From a virus (lineage: Duplodnaviria; Caudoviricetes), in IMG/VR virus record IMGVR_UViG_3300042554_001750: a stretch of DNA of 64,000 nucleotides; one strand, written 5' to 3'. The position numbers were made by a program, and so were the translations under genes. The stretch's first letter is position 1. The number at the start of each line of letters is the position of its first letter. Of the stretch, positions 25,198 through 34,247 are shown one piece after another. The notes beneath the pieces are model-generated. The model saw nothing but the letters and a program-made list of their open reading frames with translations. It ran no database searches and was not told where the DNA came from.

Positions 25198-27720
25198 TCA
25201 GAACTTCCCACTGGGTTTGAGTGTTGGGGGTATTCCTGCACGACTAATCTTGTTACCGAACTTTTTAGCGTCTTTTTTCATGGTGTCGGGCTTAATATCT
25301 ACAGTTAATGCTGTTTTGAATCTTGGATCATTCTTTTCTGCGTTGCTAGGAATATATCCTGAAGCACCCTCTGCTACACCTTTATTGGTATTTTCTATTC
25401 GTTTTAATTTGTATGAATTTGATCCAGGTTCTTCTCGTTTTTGTACTGTATATCCTAAACCAGTAGCAAATCGTTGAACTAATCTGTCGTATAGTTTTGT
25501 TCTGCTACCTGTAGGATCATCTTCTTTCACTGCGGAGAAAAATAAACTTGCAGGTTTTTTCTTCTTTATAAACTGTTGTATCGCATGTAATACTGTAGCA
25601 AAGATTCTTTGAGCATCACCTTCGCCGGTTACTGCCTGACTGTTATTTCTATAGAATTCAACCATCCAATTCTTTTTATATTCATTGTTGAACATGATGC
25701 TAAGATTAGTTCCATCTGGTAACTTAGCCAATGCGTCATAGTCTCCGTAGGCACTTTTCTCCCACTTAAGTGGATAGGGTTGGTCAAAGCCTTCATCAAC
25801 TTTAGGTCTATAAGTTCTCCATCCGCCGGGCTGCACACCTACTGGACCTGATGTGTCGGGCATCTCACTAATTGCCCCGCGAAACTGTCTATCTTTTAAT
25901 CCACCATATGGATTGATAGCAGGAGTTTTCTCACCGGCGAATTGCAGTGTCTCGTCTTCCCCTAATCCTCTAACTCTGTCAAAGAAACTAGGAGTAGGTT
26001 TACCTTTTACTTCTCCATGTCTTTGATGTTGACCTGCATAGTCATAGTACTTACCTACAACATCAAATCCATGTGTAAAGAATATAGCAGCTGGTGGAAG
26101 GCTCATCCGTAACATACCCACACGCTGTTTACCTTCTGGTGCTTGTACAACTTTATTGTCACCGTGTTTTACTTTTTGAAGCCATGCATTTGGTTTGAGT
26201 CTTACTAACCATACATAAGGTTGTTCGCTAGCATAAGGCTTATCGTCTTTGAGATAATAACTTAATGGATAAAACCATAATGCTCTGCGCCCTTGTCCGG
26301 TTCCTATATAATCTACATCAAATTTAGGGTCATCAACATCAGGTGTTTGTCCAAACCCTTGTTTGGCACTGAATCCTAATTTATCACTATCCGTAAATCG
26401 TACAAAGTACTCATTGATATTACCGCCATTTTTCTTAACATCGTTGATGATTTGTTGACGAACACTAGGAACCTTTGCTTCGTTGACATTATATGTAGGA
26501 TCAACTTTCTGACGAGGGATGCCTTTAGGTTGTTTAGGATCAAATGGGTCAATATCAGTTGTAGATAGACCTGTCTTTTGTAACGCTTTAATGTATTGAT
26601 GTTCTAAATCTTCATCACCGAATGCCATGACAGTACTAGGAGGTCCCTTACCAAAGTCATGCTTGCCTAAACCCTTCATATTACTAATGTGTTGTCCTAG
26701 TTTGTACCAGTCATACACATCACTAACATCAACTCTTACTGTACCTGCCGGCATTGTTGGTTTAAACTCTGGGCCCGGAGGAGGTCCATTTGGATCATAA
26801 TCTTCGTTTGTTCCGTCAGATGGTTGCCAAACTATATCTGTAGGATTTACTTGATGCTTTTTAACTAAGAAGTTGATAGCGTTATCTAAATTGTTGTATG
26901 GTAAATTTTGTAAAATTTTAGTAAGGCTATATTTACTTAAATCTTTACCTTGCATCCGACGCAAATACAAATCAATTAATTGTTTTGGATCTTTGTATAA
27001 AATATTTTCTTCAATACTTAAATCAATACTATGCAATTTGTCACGCAATTGGTACAGTTTATCAATGTAACCCTGTGTGCGTAGTGCTTTATATGCTAAG
27101 TTTTCGGGACCAAACTCACCACCTTTATCTAAGCCTGCTTTTCTATATCGTTTAATAGTAGTAATAATGTTTTCAATTTGTTCTAGGTCTTTAGATTTTA
27201 ATGCTTTCTTAATAATATGTAGTAGTTTATCGTATTTTTGTTTGGTGATGGTTTGGTCAAAATTTGCTCTGCGTTTTGTTGGAATCTTTAGCCACTTATC
27301 TTGTAAAATGCTATACTCGCCTAAACTGACTACAGGTTCATTGCTGTCTTGTACATATAATTCAACTGGAACTCCGTGTACAGTTATGTCGTGGCTATCA
27401 TTATATAAATTCTTTTTTGCTGTGAAAAGTTCTTTGTAAACTTCATTATCGGGAAGCTTACTCATATCTACTAATATATGTAAATCTAAATCGCTATGTT
27501 TTGTGTATGTATATGCGGCGTTTGAGCCTGAAATTGTAATATCTTTTACATCTAAATCTTTTATTCCCAATTCATCAATAAAATCTTTAGCGATTAAAAT
27601 TAACTGGTTTTTTACTTCAGGATGTAATTTATTGTTCTCATCCCATAGGTTTTGATTCAATTCATCATGAAAAAAGATGGCGTCGCTTAATTTGAAAGAT
27701 TCCAGTGTTTTAATGTCCAT
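25198..27720 (-). CDS. Multi-module protein: N-terminal Pol-beta-family nucleotidyltransferase plus about five further modules
   Basis: GS...SDLDLH NTase motif; modules bounded by IEE/TNE/VNE/ISE/VDE/VAE. Confidence 0.7.
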   Translation of the reverse strand: MDIKTLESFKLSDAIFFHDELNQNLWDENNKLHPEVKNQLILIAKDFIDELGIKDLDVKDITISGSNAAYTYTKHSDLDLHILVDMSKLPDNEVYKELFTAKKNLYNDSHDITVHGVPVELYVQDSNEPVVSLGEYSILQDKWLKIPTKRRANFDQTITKQKYDKLLHIIKKALKSKDLEQIENIITTIKRYRKAGLDKGGEFGPENLAYKALRTQGYIDKLYQLRDKLHSIDLSIEENILYKDPKQLIDLYLRRMQGKDLSKYSLTKILQNLPYNNLDNAINFLVKKHQVNPTDIVWQPSDGTNEDYDPNGPPPGPEFKPTMPAGTVRVDVSDVYDWYKLGQHISNMKGLGKHDFGKGPPSTVMAFGDEDLEHQYIKALQKTGLSTTDIDPFDPKQPKGIPRQKVDPTYNVNEAKVPSVRQQIINDVKKNGGNINEYFVRFTDSDKLGFSAKQGFGQTPDVDDPKFDVDYIGTGQGRRALWFYPLSYYLKDDKPYASEQPYVWLVRLKPNAWLQKVKHGDNKVVQAPEGKQRVGMLRMSLPPAAIFFTHGFDVVGKYYDYAGQHQRHGEVKGKPTPSFFDRVRGLGEDETLQFAGEKTPAINPYGGLKDRQFRGAISEMPDTSGPVGVQPGGWRTYRPKVDEGFDQPYPLKWEKSAYGDYDALAKLPDGTNLSIMFNNEYKKNWMVEFYRNNSQAVTGEGDAQRIFATVLHAIQQFIKKKKPASLFFSAVKEDDPTGSRTKLYDRLVQRFATGLGYTVQKREEPGSNSYKLKRIENTNKGVAEGASGYIPSNAEKNDPRFKTALTVDIKPDTMKKDAKKFGNKISRAGIPPTLKPSGKF

Positions 27721-27730
27721 AAAGTATTTA

Positions 27731-27826
27731 TTACTTTTTTGGATCTTTGTTTTCTTTGACGGGGACTGGAATAGGATTTGGTCTGTATGGAGGATTTTTT
27801 GGAGGTCTATGTCTAAACCAACTCAT
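27731..27826 (-). CDS. Pro-rich peptide, 31 aa (not in ORF track)
   Basis: MSWFRHRPPKNPPYRPNPIPVPVKENKDPKK; GATAAATA 5 nt upstream of ATG. Confidence 0.5.
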   Translation of the reverse strand: MSWFRHRPPKNPPYRPNPIPVPVKENKDPKK

Positions 27827-27846
27827 AAAAATATTTATCGTAGCCA

Positions 27847-27872
27847 ATAAAAAAGCCCCTTTCGGGGCTTTT
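27847..27872 (-). terminator. Rho-independent terminator (bidirectional-looking)
   Basis: AAAAGCCCC-GAAA-GGGGCTTTTTT. Confidence 0.85.
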
Positions 27873-27873
27873 A

Positions 27874-28767
27874 TTACTGAGCGATTTCGTTGCCGTTTTG
27901 ATCAACTAATTTCATACCCTTGTTTCGCTGTTCCTGCATCCACATGGGTCCAACAGTATTCAACAAATGTTGTTGATTTTCCATGCAGAAAACATAAGAA
28001 CCTGAATGGCGTAGTAATACTCGCTTGTCTACCCAAATCTTACCACCAAGATCACGCCAATTTTCACAGAATGTCCAGTCCTCTGAATAATAACGGTTCT
28101 GACGAACTGCGGTATCAAAGTAGGTCTTCAAGTGTTGATCGTACTTGGGATCTAAGCCGATATCGTTCTTGTATTGCTTAACTGCAGGGTGAGTCTTAAG
28201 CTTTTCAAATACATGTCGCTTCATTAACAAGAAGCCCGTACCAGCTTTTGATACTTCCTGCAATCCATCAGGACCTTCTTCCGCACCCTCAAATCCATTG
28301 ACAACCCACTTGATGGGCATAGTCTTCATTGGATAAAGGCCTGCCATTACATCCTTGTCACGGTTCAATAGAACTAACAAGTGCCATGGTTCCCAACCAA
28401 TATCAGCGTCAACAAAGAACAAGTGAGTAGCATCGGGCATATCCAAGTATTTGGCAGTTAATGTATTACGGGCACGTGAAATTAATGATTCATTAACCAT
28501 TGTTTCTAATGTCCAATCAATGCCAAGTTGACGGGCAGTATTTGCCCACTTGATGAAACTCATAAATGTAGATTCAGTTAGCATACCACCATAGCAGGGC
28601 ATTGCTATATGTACTTTAGTAGTGCGCAAGTAATCTACATTAACCTGAACCTGCCCTTGGGTGTTTTCGGCAGGCTGTTGTGGTTGTTGTGCTTGTTCAG
28701 CTAGTTCTTGAACCTGTTCAACAGGTACAGTTGCAGCTTCGGTTTTCTTTGACTTTTTTGTTGCCAT
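27874..28767 (-). CDS. GT-A-fold glycosyltransferase-like protein
   Basis: HIAMPCYGG, SLISRARN, FFVDAD (DxD), GTGFLL, SEDWTFC. Confidence 0.7.
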   Translation of the reverse strand: MATKKSKKTEAATVPVEQVQELAEQAQQPQQPAENTQGQVQVNVDYLRTTKVHIAMPCYGGMLTESTFMSFIKWANTARQLGIDWTLETMVNESLISRARNTLTAKYLDMPDATHLFFVDADIGWEPWHLLVLLNRDKDVMAGLYPMKTMPIKWVVNGFEGAEEGPDGLQEVSKAGTGFLLMKRHVFEKLKTHPAVKQYKNDIGLDPKYDQHLKTYFDTAVRQNRYYSEDWTFCENWRDLGGKIWVDKRVLLRHSGSYVFCMENQQHLLNTVGPMWMQEQRNKGMKLVDQNGNEIAQ

Positions 28768-28818
28768 GTATTCCTCTTAAAAATATAAGATTATTTACAT
28801 GGTATAACGGTGATCAAA

Positions 28819-29865
28819 TTATTTTTCTTCTAGATAATCTAGATTTTCACTTTCAGTTATAGCAGCGATGCCCACGCCTACCCCTGCACTTGCTAATGTG
28901 TATTTGATTGTATCTTTCCAATTTTTACCATTAATGCGTGACACTAATGTTGGAATAACAGTATTAAGTATTCCTTGTAGTGCTAGATTAGTCTGTTGTG
29001 GATTTAGTCCCATACTTTGTGCAGAATTTAACACACCACCTGCTAATAATGCACCGACTGTTGTAATAATGCCACCTTGCAAGTATGGGTTCTCTTTGCC
29101 CTTTTTAAGTATGTCTAGTACTTTTCTTCTGATCGTAGGATCATCAGTCTTACTTAATAATTCACGTGCCTGATCAACATAATCAGGCACTTTTTCTTTT
29201 TGTACATCAGCTATAACTGGCTTATAGAAATCAATTACTGCGTTCGCTACTGGACTTGTTTCTTTATCTTCCGCCACATCTTGTGCGCCCATAACCTGAT
29301 CAAACATACCAACAACTGTTTGTGCTAATTTAGGATTCTTTTGTGCAGCAGGATACAAACTCATAACAAGTGCTGTCTTGCGTTTGTCATTCAATGTAGG
29401 CCATGCCTTGCGAATTTCTGTAGCACTCTTGATGCCGGGTCCAAATGTCACAGTGGGTAAATATGCCATGTAAGCATGTTTACTAAATGGTTGTAAATCT
29501 TTTCCTGTATATGGTTGAAAGTAAGCTGGGCTACCATCTTTCTTTGTTCCGCCAGGCTGTGGAGCTTCATTTCTATCTTTTTCACTGCGAACAAATATTA
29601 GTACATCTTCGTCGGGATTATAATTGCTTGTGATTTCTTTTGCCTGAAATGGACTCTTAACTTGAACAAATCTTCCTGGTGCTACACCTGCTAACTTAGC
29701 TAATTTTTCTTTTAGTGCGAAGGGAAAAGGTCTTTCGCTTTGATCGTTTGTAGCAGCTACATATACATCAGCATTTGGAAATGCTTTTAATGCAGACTGG
29801 TATAACGCATAGTGTCCTGCGTGAAATGGATGAAACCCACCTGGCATTATAACAATCTGTTTCAT
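28819..29865 (-). CDS. HxGH nucleotidyltransferase domain plus C-terminal module
   Basis: PGGFHPFHAGH, SATEIR; second module begins after DVAE. Confidence 0.7.
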   Translation of the reverse strand: MKQIVIMPGGFHPFHAGHYALYQSALKAFPNADVYVAATNDQSERPFPFALKEKLAKLAGVAPGRFVQVKSPFQAKEITSNYNPDEDVLIFVRSEKDRNEAPQPGGTKKDGSPAYFQPYTGKDLQPFSKHAYMAYLPTVTFGPGIKSATEIRKAWPTLNDKRKTALVMSLYPAAQKNPKLAQTVVGMFDQVMGAQDVAEDKETSPVANAVIDFYKPVIADVQKEKVPDYVDQARELLSKTDDPTIRRKVLDILKKGKENPYLQGGIITTVGALLAGGVLNSAQSMGLNPQQTNLALQGILNTVIPTLVSRINGKNWKDTIKYTLASAGVGVGIAAITESENLDYLEEK

Positions 29866-29866
29866 A

Positions 29867-30253
29867 TTAATAACTCAATTTAACGAATTGAAGGGTACCG
29901 TTATTAAACCCTTCTAACTTTGCTCTCATATACACGAAATTGCCTTCAATGTTTGTATAAACACTGGCATTGCTTGCTAATTGGGGAGCACTATTCGGTG
30001 TGGCATTTGCGTCAGCAACTAATTCATAGACTTTAAACCAGTCGTCAGCAGTTGGGCTTGTGGCTAAACTAGCCTGGATCACAATGTTACCAGTTAAATT
30101 TGTACATTTAATGTTAACAGTTTGTAAATCTCTGTTACCGAGATAATAAGCGGCTGCAGGCTGGCTATTACCAGTAACGGTATAGGGAGCACCGTTACCT
30201 GGATTGACATATGAGGTCTCGGGCAAAAGTATTAATGTAGTTGACTGTGGCAT
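29867..30253 (-). CDS. Hypothetical beta-rich protein (possibly virion)
   Basis: ORF in the late cluster; TAATG coupling. Confidence 0.7.
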   Translation of the reverse strand: MPQSTTLILLPETSYVNPGNGAPYTVTGNSQPAAAYYLGNRDLQTVNIKCTNLTGNIVIQASLATSPTADDWFKVYELVADANATPNSAPQLASNASVYTNIEGNFVYMRAKLEGFNNGTLQFVKLSY

Positions 30254-30423
30254 TATTCAGCCCCCACAACCTCAACAATAACACCCTCACCTACTAATTC
30301 TTGGGCTACTTGTTCTAATGCTTGCTGGATATCGCGGTTAGCGAGAACTTTTACATCAGCCTCGCTATCCTTAACAATCTTACTAAATTTTACTACTAGA
30401 ACATCTTCTACAATTTTAGCCAT
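30253..30423 (-). CDS. Hypothetical protein, 56 aa (not in ORF track)
   Basis: MAKIVEDVLVVKFSKIVKD...; GGAG SD and late promoter upstream. Confidence 0.7.
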   Translation of the reverse strand: MAKIVEDVLVVKFSKIVKDSEADVKVLANRDIQQALEQVAQELVGEGVIVEVVGAE

Positions 30424-30450
30424 AAATACTCCATTATTAGAGTATTTATC
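30422..30450 (-). promoter_or_regulatory. Late promoter within an SD/AUG-sequestering hairpin
   Basis: ATAAATACTC-N8-GAGTATTTAT(G). Confidence 0.65.
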
Positions 30451-30453
30451 ATT

Positions 30454-31173
30454 TTATTCTGTATCTGGTCGCTTTTCTAGTTTGTACTTTCTTCCCAAAA
30501 GATCACCGTGCATTATGGCTAGATAACTAAGTGTGGATTCATCGTCATAATCAATGAAATACGCAGAGCTTAGGTAAAAGCTTTTCCATCTACTTATGTT
30601 ATCTAATCCAAATAACCACTTTTCCAATGCCCTGCTTGGATTTAAGCTTTTATTGTTTGAAAGTAGACTTCCCAAATCATTATAGATACTGTTCTCAATT
30701 CTTTTGGATTTAAGATAAACGCGGTACTTATGTGGGGGATCACCTACAAAATACTTAGTCCCCTTGTATTCAGCACAAACAGCTTCTGTAAAGTCTACAT
30801 TATTAGCCCAAGTTTTTATATCTTGCAAAAACTGTAAATCATTACTAAATATCGCGGCTGTTTCACCCTCAATTCTTATGGAAGCATTTTTATTTTTCTT
30901 AAGATTGTTTTTAAGATCAATAAATTTTTCCATAGTGGGTGACATGTTAAGCATTTCTACTTTTTCTTGAGGGGTATAAGTACGACTCCATGTTTTACCA
31001 TTCCTTACTTTGTCTCGCCACTCGTCAATGGTTTTGACCCAATAAGTAAATCTAACTCCAGGTAATACAACCCTGGCTCGGTACTTAAATTTATTAAAAT
31101 AATCCATGTCTCGGTATTCATAATAATGAATACCGGGCACGTTATCAACTGACCTCAATAATCCCATCTTCAT
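30454..31173 (-). CDS. Hypothetical protein, 239 aa
   Basis: Long ORF; two similar halves (YKYRA/YRVY motifs). Confidence 0.75.
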   Translation of the reverse strand: MKMGLLRSVDNVPGIHYYEYRDMDYFNKFKYRARVVLPGVRFTYWVKTIDEWRDKVRNGKTWSRTYTPQEKVEMLNMSPTMEKFIDLKNNLKKNKNASIRIEGETAAIFSNDLQFLQDIKTWANNVDFTEAVCAEYKGTKYFVGDPPHKYRVYLKSKRIENSIYNDLGSLLSNNKSLNPSRALEKWLFGLDNISRWKSFYLSSAYFIDYDDESTLSYLAIMHGDLLGRKYKLEKRPDTE

Positions 31174-33409
31174 TCACCTTCGCTGTCATTTTATTACTTA
31201 CAACGAATTCTACAGTATCGTTAGCAAGATTAACAACAATATTGGCATTTTTGATTTGTTCAAAGAGAATTTTCTTACTCAATGGAACACGAATCAATTC
31301 GTCAATTTTTCTTGCTAACGGACGAGCGCCCATCTTTTTGTCATATCCTTTATCAGCGAGGTACTCAACAACTGATTCGGTAAGAGTCAAGGTAATGTTA
31401 TGCTTTTCAACTAAGGACTTCTTAAGGTCTTCAGTAAACTTAATAACAATCTTCTTAATAGAAAGCATATCCAACTTGTTAAACTTACAAACCAAATCAA
31501 GACGGTTTCTGAATTCAGGCTTGAAGAATTCTTTCAATGCTTTGTCATCTTCACCAATTTTATCTTGGCTACCAAAACCAATATTCAACCGTTCACCATC
31601 GGCACTACCCAAATTACTGGTCATGATAATGATAGTATTCTTGCAACTGACCTTTTTACCATTACTCCCTGTGATAGTACCTTCATCAAGCATTTGTAAG
31701 AAGATGTTAAAGATATCAGGGTGCGCCTTCTCAACTTCGTCAAACAGCATGATAGCATGTGGATTCTTGCTCAAGTCTGAAATCAAACGACCACCTTGAA
31801 CTTGACTGTCTCCGAAGCCAACATAGCCAGGAGGAGGTCCGATCAATGAACTGACAGAGTGCTTTTCGCTGTATTCTGACATATCATACTTGAGCAACGG
31901 CATGTCAAGATTTTTACCCAACAACTTTGCAAGTTCAGTTTTACCTGTACCCGTTGGGCCCAAGAACAAGAAGCTTGCAGTAGGCTTAGTGTCATTACCG
32001 ATTCCAGCAAATGACACATATACTCTTTCAAGTACCTGTTCTACCATTTCATCTTGACCATAGAGTTTACCCTTGACATTTACTTCAAGATTTTTAATCT
32101 TGTCAAGATTGTTGTTATTGAGTTTATTTGCAGGAACACCTGTGTACTTCTCAACTTGTTCGTAAATCAGATCCTTAGTGATATCTGCTCCTGTATTTTC
32201 AAGCACCCGTTGTTTTGCGCAAGCCGCATCCAACAAGTCAATACTCTTATCAGGATTTTTACGGTCGTTAATATAACGCTGAGACATTTCTACAGCAGTA
32301 ACAATAGCTTCTTCAGTAATGTTTACATTATGGAAATCATTAAGTCTAGGACTTAGACCTTTCAAGATACGGATAGTAGATTCATTAGAAGGTTCATCAA
32401 CAGAAATTTTGTAGAATCTACGCATCAACGCACGATCCTTTTCAAAACTTTCGTAGAATTCTTCCCATGTTGTACTTGCAATAACCTTGAGTGTTCCCTT
32501 AGTAATTGCTGGCTTGATCATGTTAGCAAAGTCTACCGAACCATTGCTACTTGATCCTGCACCTTGCATAGTGTGTGCTTCGTCAATAAAAAGGATAGCG
32601 TTCTTTTTAGTGTTAAGAGCATCAAGGACATGCTTTACCTTTTCTTCAAAGTCACCGCGATACTTACTACCTGCAAGCAGACTTCCGATTTCAAGTGAAT
32701 ACAATTCATATCCATTGAGGAAATCAGGAACTTCATCGTTTGCAAGAGCATTAGCAAGTCCTTCTACGATAGCAGTCTTGCCTACGCCCGGATCTCCCAC
32801 CATCAATACATTTGATTTAAAACGCTTGGCAAGAACATTGATAATGTCATCCAATTCTTTGCTACGACCAATAACTGGTTCTAGCTTATTGTCTCTTGCA
32901 AGTTGTGTAAGATTAGTAGTGTACTCACCTAGAATTTCTTCAGCTTGAGATTCAGTAAGTGTACTTTGATAGTCGCCACCCTTATATGACTTTTGCCAAT
33001 GCTGAACAAATTCATTTTTGTTTACGCCATACTTCAACAAAAAATAATGTGCGTGACTGTTACCCTCACTGGCAATACTCAAATACAAGTCAATAGTAGT
33101 AACTTGCCTGCGTCCAGTAAACAGAACTTGTGTTACTGAACGGTTCATAACTCTTTCTAAGCTATTTGTTTTTCTCGGTGCAACATCTGGCTCTTTGCTT
33201 TGAATTGCATGCAAGCCATTGAGATATGCATCCAATTCATGGCTCAACAAATCTACATCTGCTCCGAAGCTTGTTAAGCATTTCTTAAATGGGGGATGTT
33301 GTACCAAAGCCAAAAGTAAATGTTCCACTGTACAGTAGATATGTTTTTTACTTTTGGCATATTGAATTGCATGCTCAATGATGTTTTCAATTTCGGGAGA
33401 ATTTGTCAA
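31145..33409 (-). CDS. clpA: ATP-dependent Clp protease ATP-binding subunit ClpA-like
   Basis: Clp-N domain, GDPGVGKT and GPTGTGKT Walker A motifs, IGFG ClpP-docking loop, no ClpB middle domain; TTG start. Confidence 0.93.
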   Translation of the reverse strand: MTNSPEIENIIEHAIQYAKSKKHIYCTVEHLLLALVQHPPFKKCLTSFGADVDLLSHELDAYLNGLHAIQSKEPDVAPRKTNSLERVMNRSVTQVLFTGRRQVTTIDLYLSIASEGNSHAHYFLLKYGVNKNEFVQHWQKSYKGGDYQSTLTESQAEEILGEYTTNLTQLARDNKLEPVIGRSKELDDIINVLAKRFKSNVLMVGDPGVGKTAIVEGLANALANDEVPDFLNGYELYSLEIGSLLAGSKYRGDFEEKVKHVLDALNTKKNAILFIDEAHTMQGAGSSSNGSVDFANMIKPAITKGTLKVIASTTWEEFYESFEKDRALMRRFYKISVDEPSNESTIRILKGLSPRLNDFHNVNITEEAIVTAVEMSQRYINDRKNPDKSIDLLDAACAKQRVLENTGADITKDLIYEQVEKYTGVPANKLNNNNLDKIKNLEVNVKGKLYGQDEMVEQVLERVYVSFAGIGNDTKPTASFLFLGPTGTGKTELAKLLGKNLDMPLLKYDMSEYSEKHSVSSLIGPPPGYVGFGDSQVQGGRLISDLSKNPHAIMLFDEVEKAHPDIFNIFLQMLDEGTITGSNGKKVSCKNTIIIMTSNLGSADGERLNIGFGSQDKIGEDDKALKEFFKPEFRNRLDLVCKFNKLDMLSIKKIVIKFTEDLKKSLVEKHNITLTLTESVVEYLADKGYDKKMGARPLARKIDELIRVPLSKKILFEQIKNANIVVNLANDTVEFVVSNKMTAKVNEDGIIEVS

Positions 33410-34209
33410 TTTGTGTTTCCTTTGTTTTTATAGCTTAAAATGCTTTGAATTACTTCATCATCTATTCTATCAGGAATGAATGTTTTTAGTACAATGAATT
33501 GGTCCCCATATTGACCCGAATTCATCTTGGGCATGCCTTGATTTGGAATCTTAAGATGCATGTGTGGCTGTGTTTTGGGTTGGATATTAACTTCTAATGT
33601 TTTACCCGATATTGTTTTGAATTCAAATGTTCCCCCTACTATCAAATCAAAAACAGACACAGTATGTTGGGAGTATAAATCATCACCCTGTCGTTCAAAT
33701 TTTAAATTGTGAATAATAACATATTCTACAATCAATGTGGCATTATCTAATACATTATCATACCTAAGTTGTTGCCCATGATGTATACCTTTGGGTATTT
33801 CTAAAGTAACAACCTTAGGTCCTTGGGGAGTTTGCAATTGTAAAATATGTGATTTACCGTTATACGCTTCATCTAATGTAACGGCTACCTGTGTTCTAAA
33901 GTTTTGTCTATGAAATCCCTGATGTCCTTGTTGCCCAAACATCTGACCAAAAATTTCGTCAATATTAAAACCATGTGCATGGAATTGAAATCCACCAGGG
34001 AACCCATGCATATTGTGGGCATGTGGATTATCATGTTGTGCCCGTTTTGCAGGGTCACTTAATATGTCGTATGCTTGTTGTATTTTTTGAAATTGAGCAG
34101 TATCGCCGCCGCGGTCAGGATGATGTTGTGCTGCTAGTTTTCTATATGCTTTTTTTATTTCGTCGGGAGTAGCATTTTTAGCTACTCCCAAAGTTTGATA
34201 GTGGTCCAT
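33406..34209 (-). CDS. dnaJ: DnaJ/CbpA-type co-chaperone (J domain plus C-terminal domain, no Zn finger)
   Basis: DHYQTLGV, HPDRGGD, GQYGD. Confidence 0.9.
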   Translation of the reverse strand: MDHYQTLGVAKNATPDEIKKAYRKLAAQHHPDRGGDTAQFQKIQQAYDILSDPAKRAQHDNPHAHNMHGFPGGFQFHAHGFNIDEIFGQMFGQQGHQGFHRQNFRTQVAVTLDEAYNGKSHILQLQTPQGPKVVTLEIPKGIHHGQQLRYDNVLDNATLIVEYVIIHNLKFERQGDDLYSQHTVSVFDLIVGGTFEFKTISGKTLEVNIQPKTQPHMHLKIPNQGMPKMNSGQYGDQFIVLKTFIPDRIDDEVIQSILSYKNKGNTN

Positions 34210-34215
34210 ATATTG

Positions 34216-34244
34216 ATTATAACACTAACTTAGTGCAATGTCAA
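34216..34244 (-). promoter_or_regulatory. Consensus sigma70 promoter of dnaJ
   Basis: TTGACA-N17-TATAAT; ATG 6 nt after the -10 box. Confidence 0.8.
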
Positions 34245-34247
34245 TAT

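Noticed and set aside
27747-28181. Plus-strand 144-aa ORF and other opposite-strand ORFs nested in long genes
   Set aside because: They overlap well-supported minus-strand genes and a terminator, with no recognisable motifs.
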